A program made the position numbers and the translations under genes. Shown one piece after another: positions 13,301 to 28,300 of a stretch of 64,000 bases of DNA. Positions within the stretch are counted from its first letter, which is position 1. Each line of letters starts with the position of its first letter. The stretch is taken from NCBI GenBank assembly GCA_044892525.1, contig CM097887.1:107176397-107240396 (forward strand), in the 5' to 3' direction. Under the pieces are notes generated by a model, which saw only the letters and a list, made by a program, of their open reading frames with translations, was not told where the DNA came from and made no database searches. This DNA is from Schmidtea polychroa (lineage: Eukaryota).

Positions 13301-16300
13301 ATCCTATTTGAATATATGCCTGAAAGATTGAAAGATTCAAGTTGAAAGACCTGAAATTAGAAGACAATCACAAGAAAATATTATCCGGACAATTGATGTC
13401 CGGACTGCAATACTTGCATAATTTGAATATCGCCCACTGCAATATCAATCCAAAAGACATTTTCGATGATATGGCAGAATTAAGATTAAAGATTTCAAAC
13501 TTTGGAGGACGAATAATAAAATTGCGCTTATCGTCATATTAGAAAATGACCAGCGAGTCGAGAGATTAGTGCTCAACCATGCTTATCTAAGTAGAAGATG
13601 GACAATCAAACCAGATACCGTGACAAAGGCGAACATTTCGTATTTGGAATTTACGGAGAGAACCGGTTGGTATATAATATATCAAGAAATAGTAAATCTA
13701 ATACCTCCCACAAAAGGAGAACTAACTGGCAAAGAAGGAAAGGCTAGATTAGTGAGTATTCCTGGTTGTAAAGGAATAAAGGCTTTGAATTGGTTTAGTA
13801 TCAGAAAGGTAGCGAGTGTAAACCAGCCCCGCATAAATAAATTAATTAATAATTGTAGAGTTCAAAATACGTTAAACGGGACAACGAGAGATAAAACCTC
13901 AACTTGGTTATTCTTAATCATGATAGGGGGAGTAATTTGCATGATTTTAATTTTGATATTAACCACCCTATGGATGCTTAGATTAAATATGCGGGATATT
14001 CGTTATTGGGAAATTATTTACGAAACCGAGGTATAGGGGGAAAGTCTCACCATATACTAGGAAGTGTAAATATATATTTTATCTATTTTATATGTTATTT
14101 ATATTAGTATGTAAACTAATGTGGGCTCAAATGAGCATCGGTAAAATCAGACATCAGCGTATGTCGACTTTGGTTACCCTGCGAGGGTCTATCACGAAAG
14201 TGATAAAAGCTGTTAATTATTTTATTTTTAGAAAAATGAATTATAACAGAGAACCAAAACCACCAGTCAAAGCAAATCGACGACACCCATTGGCAACGTA
14301 CAATTCCCAGACTCGAGTTGAAACTGAAGTATATAGTACATACAAAGAAGAGTACGTATACAGGTTCATCGGAACTACGGTCGCAGCAAAAATGAATCAC
14401 CTCACCTCAAACTATTGGTATTATCCCAGGAGAGTGGATATTCCAAACGATTTCAAATTCGCAGGAGGGCCTCGAAAGCAAATGATGATAACGGTTATAA
14501 ATAACCAAGGTAGATTAAAATTGGCGGAACTATGTAGAGATTATGGTTCATGTCCGAAATTGGAAAGCATTTGGATCCATGCGATCAATAGGCCATTCAC
14601 TGTGTTTATGGCGGGATTAGAGTTACCTGTTGAATTAGAAAAACAGTGTACTCTGGAGATATACCACGCTGATGGACGAGAACGGAATATTATGATCCAG
14701 GCAGCAGCAGTTGATACCATAATCGCAGTAGAAATCTTGGATTTCAGGAAGCCATACTCTATAGTTAGCAAAAACGAGCCAACTTGGATTTACAATGTAA
14801 ATAAAGTTGATATACAGCAGTGTAAATCATTTGTGAGGAAGAAGTTAACCAAAGCCGAGGAGGACGAGGCTACAATTTTCATATCGGCAGGTTTTGCCAA
14901 ATCCCGAATCGAACTGAAGGAGACAATTATCCAAATCGCAATTATGGATATGAGGGGAAATAATTTATTGAGTGCGGTAGTGACTCCCAGAGACCCTGTA
15001 AAACACTACCAAACGCACCAATACAAGTTAAAGGAACCTGATATTAGAGGAAACCTCGACGAAGATGATTGTTATCCTCTGATAAGATCTGCGATAAGAA
15101 AATACTTGTAGGTATTTTGCTTAAAGATCTGATCTCGGTAGCCAATCTACCAGTGCAGCGGATACTGAGTATTCGTGACCTTTCTGCAAATAAACTATTG
15201 GAAACCAGAGGAGTCCCAATGATTCATGGTCATTACAGATTGGGATTCCCGACGAAAACTTTCCTGCGTACAGTTCCCGGAGAACCAAGGAATTTAGTGG
15301 TCACCAATGAGGCACTGGCGATACGTGCGGTTTATTTACATTTCAGAAACGAATGGTTAGACCATATCACGAAACCCCAGGAGGAATTCATTTCCGTAAC
15401 TACAGCAGCGATAGTTGAGCAGGAAATGACGCAAAAGAGGAGATTACCCGAGCAACCATCTACATCAGGGCAACCCAAGCCTAAGAGAAAATCACCTGTG
15501 GACTTACCACCGCCTCCAGCTATATCTATTGGAGAAGAAGATGAATATGAAACATGCGTTAGCGAAACGGAGACAGCAAAATCACCCAAACAATCATCGG
15601 GAGCTGCCTATCAGCCAAAGAATAAATCGGAAAATGCGGTCAGAAAAGAAAATCCAGAAGGAGGCAAGGTGAAAAAGATGTTAAAGAAAATATTACCCAT
15701 AAAAAGACAATTTTTTCAAATTTGTCAGACTTCCCGCCAACGGAAATTCTTCAACGATGTCTTATTTTAAAGCTCATTGCAATACCTTTCGAATGTGGTA
15801 TAGAAATCCATATTATCAATATTATTGGTAAAGGTATTATTATTTTTTCAAAATATTATTTTTTCAAGGTCATTTATATTTTCAAGGTCAATCATATTTT
15901 CAAGGTCATATTTTAAAATTTAAATTTTTAGAGTTCCCACCAATGGAATTTATTGGCCGATGGCTAATTTTGAAGCCCACTGCAATACCTTTCGAATGAC
16001 GTATAGATATTCATATTATCATTATTATTAATAAAGATATTATTTTTTCAAAATATTATTTTTCAAGGTCGTTTATTTTTTCAAGGTTCAAAATCTGTTC
16101 AAAGCTACTGTTTTAGTCAATACGAACCAGATGAAATAATCGGTTCCATCGCCAAAAGTGATGCTCATCCTATTTGAATATATGCCTGAAAGATTGAAAG
16201 ATTCAAGTTGAAAGACCTGAAATTAGAAGACAATCACAAGAAAATATTATCCGGACAATTGATGTCCGGACTGCAATACTTGCATAATTTGAATATCGCC

Positions 16301-19300
16301 CACTGCAATATCAATCCAAAAGACATTTTCGATGATATGGCAGAATTAAGATTAAAGATTTCAAACTTTGGAGGACGAATAATAAAATTGCGCTTATCGT
16401 CATATTAGAAAATGACCAGCGAGTCGAGAGATTAGTGCTCAACCATGCTTATCTAAGTAGAAGATGGACAATCAAACCAGATACCGTGACAAAGGCGAAC
16501 ATTTCGTATTTGGAATTTACGGAGAGAACCGGTTGGTATATAATATATCAAGAAATAGTAAATCTAATACCTCCCACAAAAGGAGAACTAACTGGCAAAG
16601 AAGGAAAGGCTAGATTAGTGAGTATTCCTGGTTGTAAAGGAATAAAGGCTTTGAATTGGTTTAGTATCAGAAAGGTAGCGAGTGTAAACCAGCCCCGCAT
16701 AAATAAATTAATTAATAATTGTAGAGTTCAAAATACGTTAAACGGGACAACGAGAGATAAAACCTCAACTTGGTTATTCTTAATCATGATAGGGGGAGTA
16801 ATTTGCATGATTTTAATTTTGATATTAACCACCCTATGGATGCTTAGATTAAATATGCGGGATATTCGTTATTGGGAAATTATTTACGAAACCGAGGTAT
16901 AGGGGGAAAGTCTCACCATATACTAGGAAGTGTAAATATATATTTTATCTATTTTATATGTTATTTATATTAGTATGTAAACTAATGTGGGCTCAAATGA
17001 GCATCGGTAAAATCAGACATCAGCGTATGTCGACTTTGGTTACCCTGCGAGGGTCTATCACGAAAGTGATAAAAGCTGTTAATTATTTTATTTTTAGAAA
17101 AATGAATTATAACAGAGAACCAAAACCACCAGTCAAAGCAAATCGACGACACCCATTGGCAACGTACAATTCCCAGACTCGAGTTGAAACTGAAGTATAT
17201 AGTACATACAAAGAAGAGTACGTATACAGGTTCATCGGAACTACGGTCGCAGCAAAAATGAATCACCTCACCTCAAACTATTGGTATTATCCCAGGAGAG
17301 TGGATATTCCAAACGATTTCAAATTCGCAGGAGGGCCTCGAAAGCAAATGATGATAACGGTTATAAATAACCAAGGTAGATTAAAATTGGCGGAACTATG
17401 TAGAGATTATGGTTCATGTCCGAAATTGGAAAGCATTTGGATCCATGCGATCAATAGGCCATTCACTGTGTTTATGGCGGGATTAGAGTTACCTGTTGAA
17501 TTAGAAAAACAGTGTACTCTGGAGATATACCACGCTGATGGACGAGAACGGAATATTATGATCCAGGCAGCAGCAGTTGATACCATAATCGCAGTAGAAA
17601 TCTTGGATTTCAGGAAGCCATACTCTATAGTTAGCAAAAACGAGCCAACTTGGATTTACAATGTAAATAAAGTTGATATACAGCAGTGTAAATCATTTGT
17701 GAGGAAGAAGTTAACCAAAGCCGAGGAGGACGAGGCTACAATTTTCATATCGGCAGGTTTTGCCAAATCCCGAATCGAACTGAAGGAGACAATTATCCAA
17801 ATCGCAATTATGGATATGAGGGGAAATAATTTATTGAGTGCGGTAGTGACTCCCAGAGACCCTGTAAAACACTACCAAACGCACCAATACAAGTTAAAGG
17901 AACCTGATATTAGAGGAAACCTCGACGAAGATGATTGTTATCCTCTGATAAGATCTGCGATAAGAAAATACTTGTAGGTATTTTGCTTAAAGATCTGATC
18001 TCGGTAGCCAATCTACCAGTGCAGCGGATACTGAGTATTCGTGACCTTTCTGCAAATAAACTATTGGAAACCAGAGGAGTCCCAATGATTCATGGTCATT
18101 ACAGATTGGGATTCCCGACGAAAACTTTCCTGCGTACAGTTCCCGGAGAACCAAGGAATTTAGTGGTCACCAATGAGGCACTGGCGATACGTGCGGTTTA
18201 TTTACATTTCAGAAACAAATGGTTAGACCATATCACGAAACCCCAGGAGGAATTCATTTCCGTAACTACAGCAGCGATAGTTGAGCAGGAAATGACGCAA
18301 AAGAGGAGATTACCCGAGCAACCATCTACATCAGGGCAACCCAAGCCTAAGAGAAAATCACCTGTGGACTTACCACCGCCTCCAGCTATATCTATTGGAG
18401 AAGAAGATGAATATGAAACATGCGTTAGCGAAACGGAGACAGCAAAATCACCCAAACAATCATCGGGAGCTGCCTATCAGCCAAAGAATAAATCGGAAAA
18501 TGCGGTCAGAAAAGAAAATCCAGAAGGAGGCAAGGTGAAAAAGATGTTAAAGAAAATATTACCCATAAAAAGACAATTTTTTCAAATTTGTCAGACTTCC
18601 CGCCAACGGAAATTCTTCAACGATGTCTTATTTTAAAGCTCATTGCAATACCTTTCGAATGTGGTATAGAAATCCATATTATCAATATTATTGGTAAAGG
18701 TATTATTATTTTTTCAAAATATTATTTTTTCAAGGTCATTTATATTTTCAAGGTCAATCATATTTTCAAGGTCATATTTTAAAATTTAAATTTTTAGAGT
18801 TCCCACCAATGGAATTTATTGGCCGATGGCTAATTTTGAAGCCCACTGCAATACCTTTCGAATGACGTATAGATATTCATATTATCATTATTATTAATAA
18901 AGATATTATTTTTTCAAAATATTATTTTTCAAGGTCGTTTATTTTTTCAAGGTTCAAAATCTGTTCAAAGCTACTGTTTTAGTCAATACGAACCAGATGA
19001 AATAATCGGTTCCATCGCCAAAAGTGATGCTCATCCTATTTGAATATATGCCTGAAAGATTGAAAGATTCAAGTTGAAAGACCTGAAATTAGAAGACAAT
19101 CACAAGAAAATATTATCCGGACAATTGATGTCCGGACTGCAATACTTGCATAATTTGAATATCGCCCACTGCAATATCAATCCAAAAGACATTTTCGATG
19201 ATATGGCAGAATTAAGATTAAAGATTTCAAACTTTGGAGGACGAATAATAAAATTGCGCTTATCGTCATATTAGAAAATGACCAGCGAGTCGAGAGATTA

Positions 19301-22300
19301 GTGCTCAACCATGCTTATCTAAGTAGAAGATGGACAATCAAACCAGATACCGTGACAAAGGCGAACATTTCGTATTTGGAATTTACGGAGAGAACCGGTT
19401 GGTATATAATATATCAAGAAATAGTAAATCTAATACCTCCCACAAAAGGAGAACTAACTGGCAAAGAAGGAAAGGCTAGATTAGTGAGTATTCCTGGTTG
19501 TAAAGGAATAAAGGCTTTGAATTGGTTTAGTATCAGAAAGGTAGCGAGTGTAAACCAGCCCCGCATAAATAAATTAATTAATAATTGTAGAGTTCAAAAT
19601 ACGTTAAACGGGACAACGAGAGATAAAACCTCAACTTGGTTATTCTTAATCATGATAGGGGGAGTAATTTGCATGATTTTAATTTTGATATTAACCACCC
19701 TATGGATGCTTAGATTAAATATGCGGGATATTCGTTATTGGGAAATTATTTACGAAACCGAGGTATAGGGGGAAAGTCTCACCATATACTAGGAAGTGTA
19801 AATATATATTTTATCTATTTTATATGTTATTTATATTAGTATGTAAACTAATGTGGGCTCAAATGAGCATCGGTAAAATCAGACATCAGCGTATGTCGAC
19901 TTTGGTTACCCTGCGAGGGTCTATCACGAAAGTGATAAAAGCTGTTAATTATTTTATTTTTAGAAAAATGAATTATAACAGAGAACCAAAACCACCAGTC
20001 AAAGCAAATCGACGACACCCATTGGCAACGTACAATTCCCAGACTCGAGTTGAAACTGAAGTATATAGTACATACAAAGAAGAGTACGTATACAGGTTCA
20101 TCGGAACTACGGTCGCAGCAAAAATGAATCACCTCACCTCAAACTATTGGTATTATCCCAGGAGAGTGGATATTCCAAACGATTTCAAATTCGCAGGAGG
20201 GCCTCGAAAGCAAATGATGATAACGGTTATAAATAACCAAGGTAGATTAAAATTGGCGGAACTATGTAGAGATTATGGTTCATGTCCGAAATTGGAAAGC
20301 ATTTGGATCCATGCGATCAATAGGCCATTCACTGTGTTTATGGCGGGATTAGAGTTACCTGTTGAATTAGAAAAACAGTGTACTCTGGAGATATACCACG
20401 CTGATGGACGAGAACGGAATATTATGATCCAGGCAGCAGCAGTTGATACCATAATCGCAGTAGAAATCTTGGATTTCAGGAAGCCATACTCTATAGTTAG
20501 CAAAAACGAGCCAACTTGGATTTACAATGTAAATAAAGTTGATATACAGCAGTGTAAATCATTTGTGAGGAAGAAGTTAACCAAAGCCGAGGAGGACGAG
20601 GCTACAATTTTCATATCGGCAGGTTTTGCCAAATCCCGAATCGAACTGAAGGAGACAATTATCCAAATCGCAATTATGGATATGAGGGGAAATAATTTAT
20701 TGAGTGCGGTAGTGACTCCCAGAGACCCTGTAAAACACTACCAAACGCACCAATACAAGTTAAAGGAACCTGATATTAGAGGAAACCTCGACGAAGATGA
20801 TTGTTATCCTCTGATAAGATCTGCGATAAGAAAATACTTGTAGGTATTTTGCTTAAAGATCTGATCTCGGTAGCCAATCTACCAGTGCAGCGGATACTGA
20901 GTATTCGTGACCTTTCTGCAAATAAACTATTGGAAACCAGAGGAGTCCCAATGATTCATGGTCATTACAGATTGGGATTCCCGACGAAAACTTTCCTGCG
21001 TACAGTTCCCGGAGAACCAAGGAATTTAGTGGTCACCAATGAGGCACTGGCGATACGTGCGGTTTATTTACATTTCAGAAACAAATGGTTAGACCATATC
21101 ACGAAACCCCAGGAGGAATTCATTTCCGTAACTACAGCAGCGATAGTTGAGCAGGAAATGACGCAAAAGAGGAGATTACCCGAGCAACCATCTACATCAG
21201 GGCAACCCAAGCCTAAGAGAAAATCACCTGTGGACTTACCACCGCCTCCAGCTATATCTATTGGAGAAGAAGATGAATATGAAACATGCGTTAGCGAAAC
21301 GGAGACAGCAAAATCACCCAAACAATCATCGGGAGCTGCCTATCAGCCAAAGAATAAATCGGAAAATGCGGTCAGAAAAGAAAATCCAGAAGGAGGCAAG
21401 GTGAAAAAGATGTTAAAGAAAATATTACCCATAAAAAGACAATTTTTTCAAATTTGTCAGACTTCCCGCCAACGGAAATTCTTCAACGATGTCTTATTTT
21501 AAAGCTCATTGCAATACCTTTCGAATGTGGTATAGAAATCCATATTATCAATATTATTGGTAAAGGTATTATTATTTTTTCAAAATATTATTCTTTCAAG
21601 GTCATTTATATTTTCAAGGTCAATCATATTTTCAAGGTCATATTTTAAAATTTAAATTTTTAGAGTTCCCACCAATGGAATTTATTGGCCGATGGCTAAT
21701 TTTGAAGCCCACTGCAATACCTTTCGAATGACGTATAGATATTCATATTATCATTATTATTAATAAAGATATTATTTTTTCAAAATATTATTTTTCAAGG
21801 TCGTTTATTTTTTCAAGGTTCAAAATCTGTTCAAAGCTACTGTTTTAGTCAATACGAACCAGATGAAATAATCGGTTCCATCGCCAAAAGTGATGCTCAT
21901 CCTATTTGAATATATGCCTGAAAGATTGAAAGATTCAAGTTGAAAGACCTGAAATTAGAAGACAATCACAAGAAAATATTATCCGGACAATTGATGTCCG
22001 GACTGCAATACTTGCATAATTTGAATATCGCCCACTGCAATATCAATCCAAAAGACATTTTCGATGATATGGCAGAATTAAGATTAAAGATTTCAAACTT
22101 TGGAGGACGAATAATAAAATTGCGCTTATCGTCATATTAGAAAATGACCAGCGAGTCGAGAGATTAGTGCTCAACCATGCTTATCTAAGTAGAAGATGGA
22201 CAATCAAACCAGATACCGTGACAAAGGCGAACATTTCGTATTTGGAATTTACGGAGAGAACCGGTTGGTATATAATATATCAAGAAATAGTAAATCTAAT

Positions 22301-25300
22301 ACCTCCCACAAAAGGAGAACTAACTGGCAAAGAAGGAAAGGCTAGATTAGTGAGTATTCCTGGTTGTAAAGGAATAAAGGCTTTGGATTGGTTTAGTATC
22401 AGAAAGGTAGCGAGTGTAAACCAGCCCCGCATAAATAAATTAATTAATAATTGTAGAGTTCAAAATACGTTAAACGGGACAACGAGAGATAAAACCTCAA
22501 CTTGGTTATTCTTAATCATGATAGGGGGAGTAATTTGCATGATTTTAATTTTGATATTAACCACCCTATGGATGCTTAGATTAAATATGCGGGATATTCG
22601 TTATTGGGAAATTATTTACGAAACCGAGGTATAGGGGGAAAGTCTCACCATATACTAGGAAGTGTAAATATATATTTTATCTATTTTATGTTATTTATAT
22701 TAGTATGTAAACTAATGTGGGCTCAAATGAGCATCGGTAAAATCAGACATCAGCGTATGTCGACTTTGGTTACCCTGCGAGGGTCTATCACGAAAGTGAT
22801 AAAAGCTGTTAATTATTTTATTTTTAGAAAAATGAATTATAACAGAGAACCAAAACCACCAGTCAAAGCAAATCGACGACACCCATTGGCAACGTACAAT
22901 TCCCAGACTCGAGTTGAAACTGAAGTATATAGTACATACAAAGAAGAGTACGTATACAGGTTCATCGGAACTACGGTCGCAGCAAAAATGAATCACCTCA
23001 CCTCAAACTATTGGTATTATCCCAGGAGAGTGGATATTCCAAACGATTTCAAATTCGCAGGAGGGCCTCGAAAGCAAATGATGATAACGGTTATAAATAA
23101 CCAAGGTAGATTAAAATTGGCGGAACTATGTAGAGATTATGGTTCATGTCCGAAATTGGAAAACATTTGGATCCATGCGATCAATAGGCCATTCACTGTG
23201 TTTATGGCGGGATTAGAGTTACCTGTTGAATTAGAAAAACAGTGTACTCTGGAGATATACCACGCTGATGGACGAGAACGGAATATTATGATCCAGGCAG
23301 CAGCAGTTGATACCATAATCGCAGTAGAAATCTTGGATTTCAGGAAGCCATACTCTATAGTTAGCAAAAACGAGCCAACTTGGATTTACAATGTAAATAA
23401 AGTTGATATACAGCAGTGTAAATCATTTGTGAGGAAGAAGTTAACCAAAGCCGAGGAGGACGAGGCTACAATTTTCATATCGGCAGGTTTTGCCAAATCC
23501 CGAATCGAACTGAAGGAGACAATTATCCAAATCGCAATTATGGATATGAGGGGAAATAATTTATTGAGTGCGGTAGTGACTCCCAGAGACCCTGTAAAAC
23601 ACTACCAAACGCACCAATACAAGTTAAAGGAACCTGATATTAGAGGAAACCTCGACGAAGATGATTGTTATCCTCTGATAAGATCTGCGATAAGAAAATA
23701 CTTGTAGGTATTTTGCTTAAAGATCTGATCTCGGTAGCCAATCTACCAGTGCAGCGGATACTGAGTATTCGTGACCTTTCTGCAAATAAACTATTGGAAA
23801 CCAGAGGAGTCCCAATGATTCATGGTCATTACAGATTGGGATTCCCGACGAAAACTTTCCTGCGTACAGTTCCCGGAGAACCAAGGAATTTAGTGGTCAC
23901 CAATGAGGCACTGGCGATACGTGCGGTTTATTTACATTTCAGAAACGAATGGTTAGACCATATCACGAAACCCCAGGAGGAATTCATTTCCGTAACTACA
24001 GCAGCGATAGTTGAGCAGGAAATGACGCAAAAGAGGAGATTACCCGAGCAACCATCTACATCAGGGCAACCCAAGCCTAAGAGAAAATCACCTGTGGACT
24101 TACCACCGCCTCCAGCTATATCTATTGGAGAAGAAGATGAATATGAAACATGCGTTAGCGAAACGGAGACAGCAAAATCACCCAAACAATCATCGGGAGC
24201 TGCCTATCAGCCAAAGAATAAATCGGAAAATGCGGTCAGAAAAGAAAATCCAGAAGGAGGCAAGGTGAAAAAGATGTTAAAGAAAATATTACCCATAAAA
24301 AGACAATTTTTTCAAATTTGTCAGACTTCCCGCCAACGGAAATTCTTCAACGATGTCTTATTTTAAAGCTCATTGCAATACCTTTCGAATGTGGTATAGA
24401 AATCCATATTATCAATATTATTGGTAAAGGTATTATTATTTTTTCAAAATATTATTTTTTCAAGGTCATTTATATTTTCAAGGTCAATCATATTTTCAAG
24501 GTCATATTTTAAAATTTAAATTTTTAGAGTTCCCACCAATGGAATTTATTGGCCGATGGCTAATTTTGAAGCCCACTGCAATACCTTTCGAATGACGTAT
24601 AGATATTCATATTATCATTATTATTAATAAAGATATTATTTTTTCAAAATATTATTTTTCAAGGTCGTTTATTTTTTCAAGGTTCAAAATCTGTTCAAAG
24701 CTACTGTTTTAGTCAATACGAACCAGATGAAATAATCGGTTCCATCGCCAAAAGTGATGCTCATCCTATTTGAATATATGCCTGAAAGATTGAAAGATTC
24801 AAGTTGAAAGACCTGAAATTAGAAGACAATCACAAGAAAATATTATCCGGACAATTGATGTCCGGACTGCAATACTTGCATAATTTGAATATCGCCCACT
24901 GCAATATCAATCCAAAAGACATTTTCGATGATATGGCAGAATTAAGATTAAAGATTTCAAACTTTGGAGGACGAATAATAAAATTGCGCTTATCGTCATA
25001 TTAGAAAATGACCAGCGAGTCGAGAGATTAGTGCTCAACCATGCTTATCTAAGTAGAAGATGGACAATCAAACCAGATACCGTGACAAAGGCGGACATTT
25101 CGTATTTGGAATTTACGGAGAGAACCGGTTGGTATATAATATATCAAGAAATAGTAAATCTAATACCTCCCACAAAAGGAGAACTAACTGGCAAAGAAGG
25201 AAAGGCTAGATTAGTGAGTATTCCTGGTTGTAAAGGAATAAAGGCTTTGAATTGGTTTAGTATCAGAAAGGTAGCGAGTGTAAACCAGCCCCGCATAAAT

Positions 25301-28300
25301 AAATTAATTAATAATTGTAGAGTTCAAAATACGTTAAACGGGACAACGAGAGATAAAACCTCAACTTGGTTATTCTTAATCATGATAGGGGGAGTAATTT
25401 GCATGATTTTAATTTTGATATTAACCACCCTATGGATGCTTAGATTAAATATGCGGGATATTCGTTATTGGGAAATTATTTACGAAACCGAGGTATAGGG
25501 GGAAAGTCTCACCATATACTAGGAAGTGTAAATATATATTTTATCTATTTTATGTTATTTATATTAGTATGTAAACTAATGTGGGCTCAAATGAGCATCG
25601 GTAAAATCAGACATCAGCGTATGTCGACTTTGGTTACCCTGCGAGGGTCTATCACGAAAGTGATAAAAGCTGTTAATTATTTTATTTTTAGAAAAATGAA
25701 TTATAACAGAGAACCAAAACCACCAGTCAAAGCAAATCGACGACACCCATTGGCAACGTACAATTCCCAGACTCGAGTTGAAACTGAAGTATATAGTACA
25801 TACAAAGAAGAGTACGTATACAGGTTCATCGGAACTACGGTCGCAGCAAAAATGAATCACCTCACCTCAAACTATTGGTATTATCCCAGGAGAGTGGATA
25901 TTCCAAACGATTTCAAATTCGCAGGAGGGCCTCGAAAGCAAATGATGATAACGGTTATAAATAACCAAGGTAGATTAAAATTGGCGGAACTATGTAGAGA
26001 TTATGGTTCATGTCCGAAATTGGAAAGCATTTGGATCCATGCGATCAATAGGCCATTCACTGTGTTTATGGCGGGATTAGAGTTACCTGTTGAATTAGAA
26101 AAACAGTGTACTCTGGAGATATACCACGCTGATGGACGAGAACGGAATATTATGATCCAGGCAGCAGCAGTTGATACCATAATCGCAGTAGAAATCTTGG
26201 ATTTCAGGAAGCCATACTCTATAGTTAGCAAAAACGAGCCAACTTGGATTTACAATGTAAATAAAGTTGATATACAGCAGTGTAAATCATTTGTGAGGAA
26301 GAAGTTAACCAAAGCCGAGGAGGACGAGGCTACAATTTTCATATCGGCAGGTTTTGCCAAATCCCGAATCGAACTGAAGGAGACAATTATCCAAATCGCA
26401 ATTATGGATATGAGGGGAAATAATTTATTGAGTGCGGTAGTGACTCCCAGAGACCCTGTAAAACACTACCAAACGCACCAATACAAGTTAAAGGAACCTG
26501 ATATTAGAGGAAACCTCGACGAAGATGATTGTTATCCTCTGATAAGATCTGCGATAAGAAAATACTTGTAGGTATTTTGCTTAAAGATCTGATCTCGGTA
26601 GCCAATCTACCAGTGCAGCGGATACTGAGTATTCGTGACCTTTCTGCAAATAAACTATTGGAAACCAGAGGAGTCCCAATGATTCATGGTCATTACAGAT
26701 TGGGATTCCCGACGAAAACTTTCCTGCGTACAGTTCCCGGAGAACCAAGGAATTTAGTGGTCACCAATGAGGCACTGGCGATACGTGCGGTTTATTTACA
26801 TTTCAGAAACGAATGGTTAGACCATATCACGAAACCCCAGGAGGAATTCATTTCCGTAACTACAGCAGCGATAGTTGAGCAGGAAATGACGCAAAAGAGG
26901 AGATTACCCGAGCAACCATCTACATCAGGGCAACCCAAGCCTAAGAGAAAATCACCTGTGGACTTACCACCGCCTCCAGCTATATCTATTGGAGAAGAAG
27001 ATGAATATGAAACATGCGTTAGCGAAACGGAGACAGCAAAATCACCCAAACAATCATCGGGAGCTGCCTATCAGCCAAAGAATAAATCGGAAAATGCGGT
27101 CAGAAAAGAAAATCCAGAAGGAGGCAAGGTGAAAAAGATGTTAAAGAAAATATTACCCATAAAAAGACAATTTTTTCAAATTTGTCAGACTTCCCGCCAA
27201 CGGAAATTCTTCAACGATGTCTTATTTTAAAGCTCATTGCAATACCTTTCGAATGTGGTATAGAAATCCATATTATCAATATTATTGGTAAAGGTATTAT
27301 TATTTTTTCAAAATATTATTTTTTCAAGGTCATTTATATTTTCAAGGTCAATCATATTTTCAAGGTCATATTTTAAAATTTAAATTTTTAGAGTTCCCAC
27401 CAATGGAATTTATTGGCCGATGGCTAATTTTGAAGCCCACTGCAATACCTTTCGAATGACGTATAGATATTCATATTATCATTATTATTAATAAAGATAT
27501 TATTTTTTCAAAATATTATTTTTCAAGGTCGTTTATTTTTTCAAGGTTCAAAATCTGTTCAAAGCTACTGTTTTAGTCAATACGAACCAGATGAAATAAT
27601 CGGTTCCATCGCCAAAAGTGATGCTCATCCTATTTGAATATATGCCTGAAAGATTGAAAGATTCAAGTTGAAAGACCTGAAATTAGAAGACAATCACAAG
27701 AAAATATTATCCGGACAATTGATGTCCGGACTGCAATACTTGCATAATTTGAATATCGCCCACTGCAATATCAATCCAAAAGACATTTTCGATGATATGG
27801 CAGAATTAAGATTAAAGATTTCAAACTTTGGAGGACGAATAATAAAATTGCGCTTATCGTCATATTAGAAAATGACCAGCGAGTCGAGAGATTAGTGCTC
27901 AACCATGCTTATCTAAGTAGAAGATGGACAATCAAACCAGATACCGTGACAAAGGCGAACATTTCGTATTTGGAATTTACGGAGAGAACCGGTTGGTATA
28001 TAATATATCAAGAAATAGTAAATCTAATACCTCCCACAAAAGGAGAACTAACTGGCAAAGAAGGAAAGGCTAGATTAGTGAGTATTCCTGGTTGTAAAGG
28101 AATAAAGGCTTTGAATTGGTTTAGTATCAGAAAGGTAGCGAGTGTAAACCAGCCCCGCATAAATAAATTAATTAATAATTGTAGAGTTCAAAATACGTTA
28201 AACGGGACAACGAGAGATAAAACCTCAACTTGGTTATTCTTAATCATGATAGGGGGAGTAATTTGCATGATTTTAATTTTGATATTAACCACCCTATGGA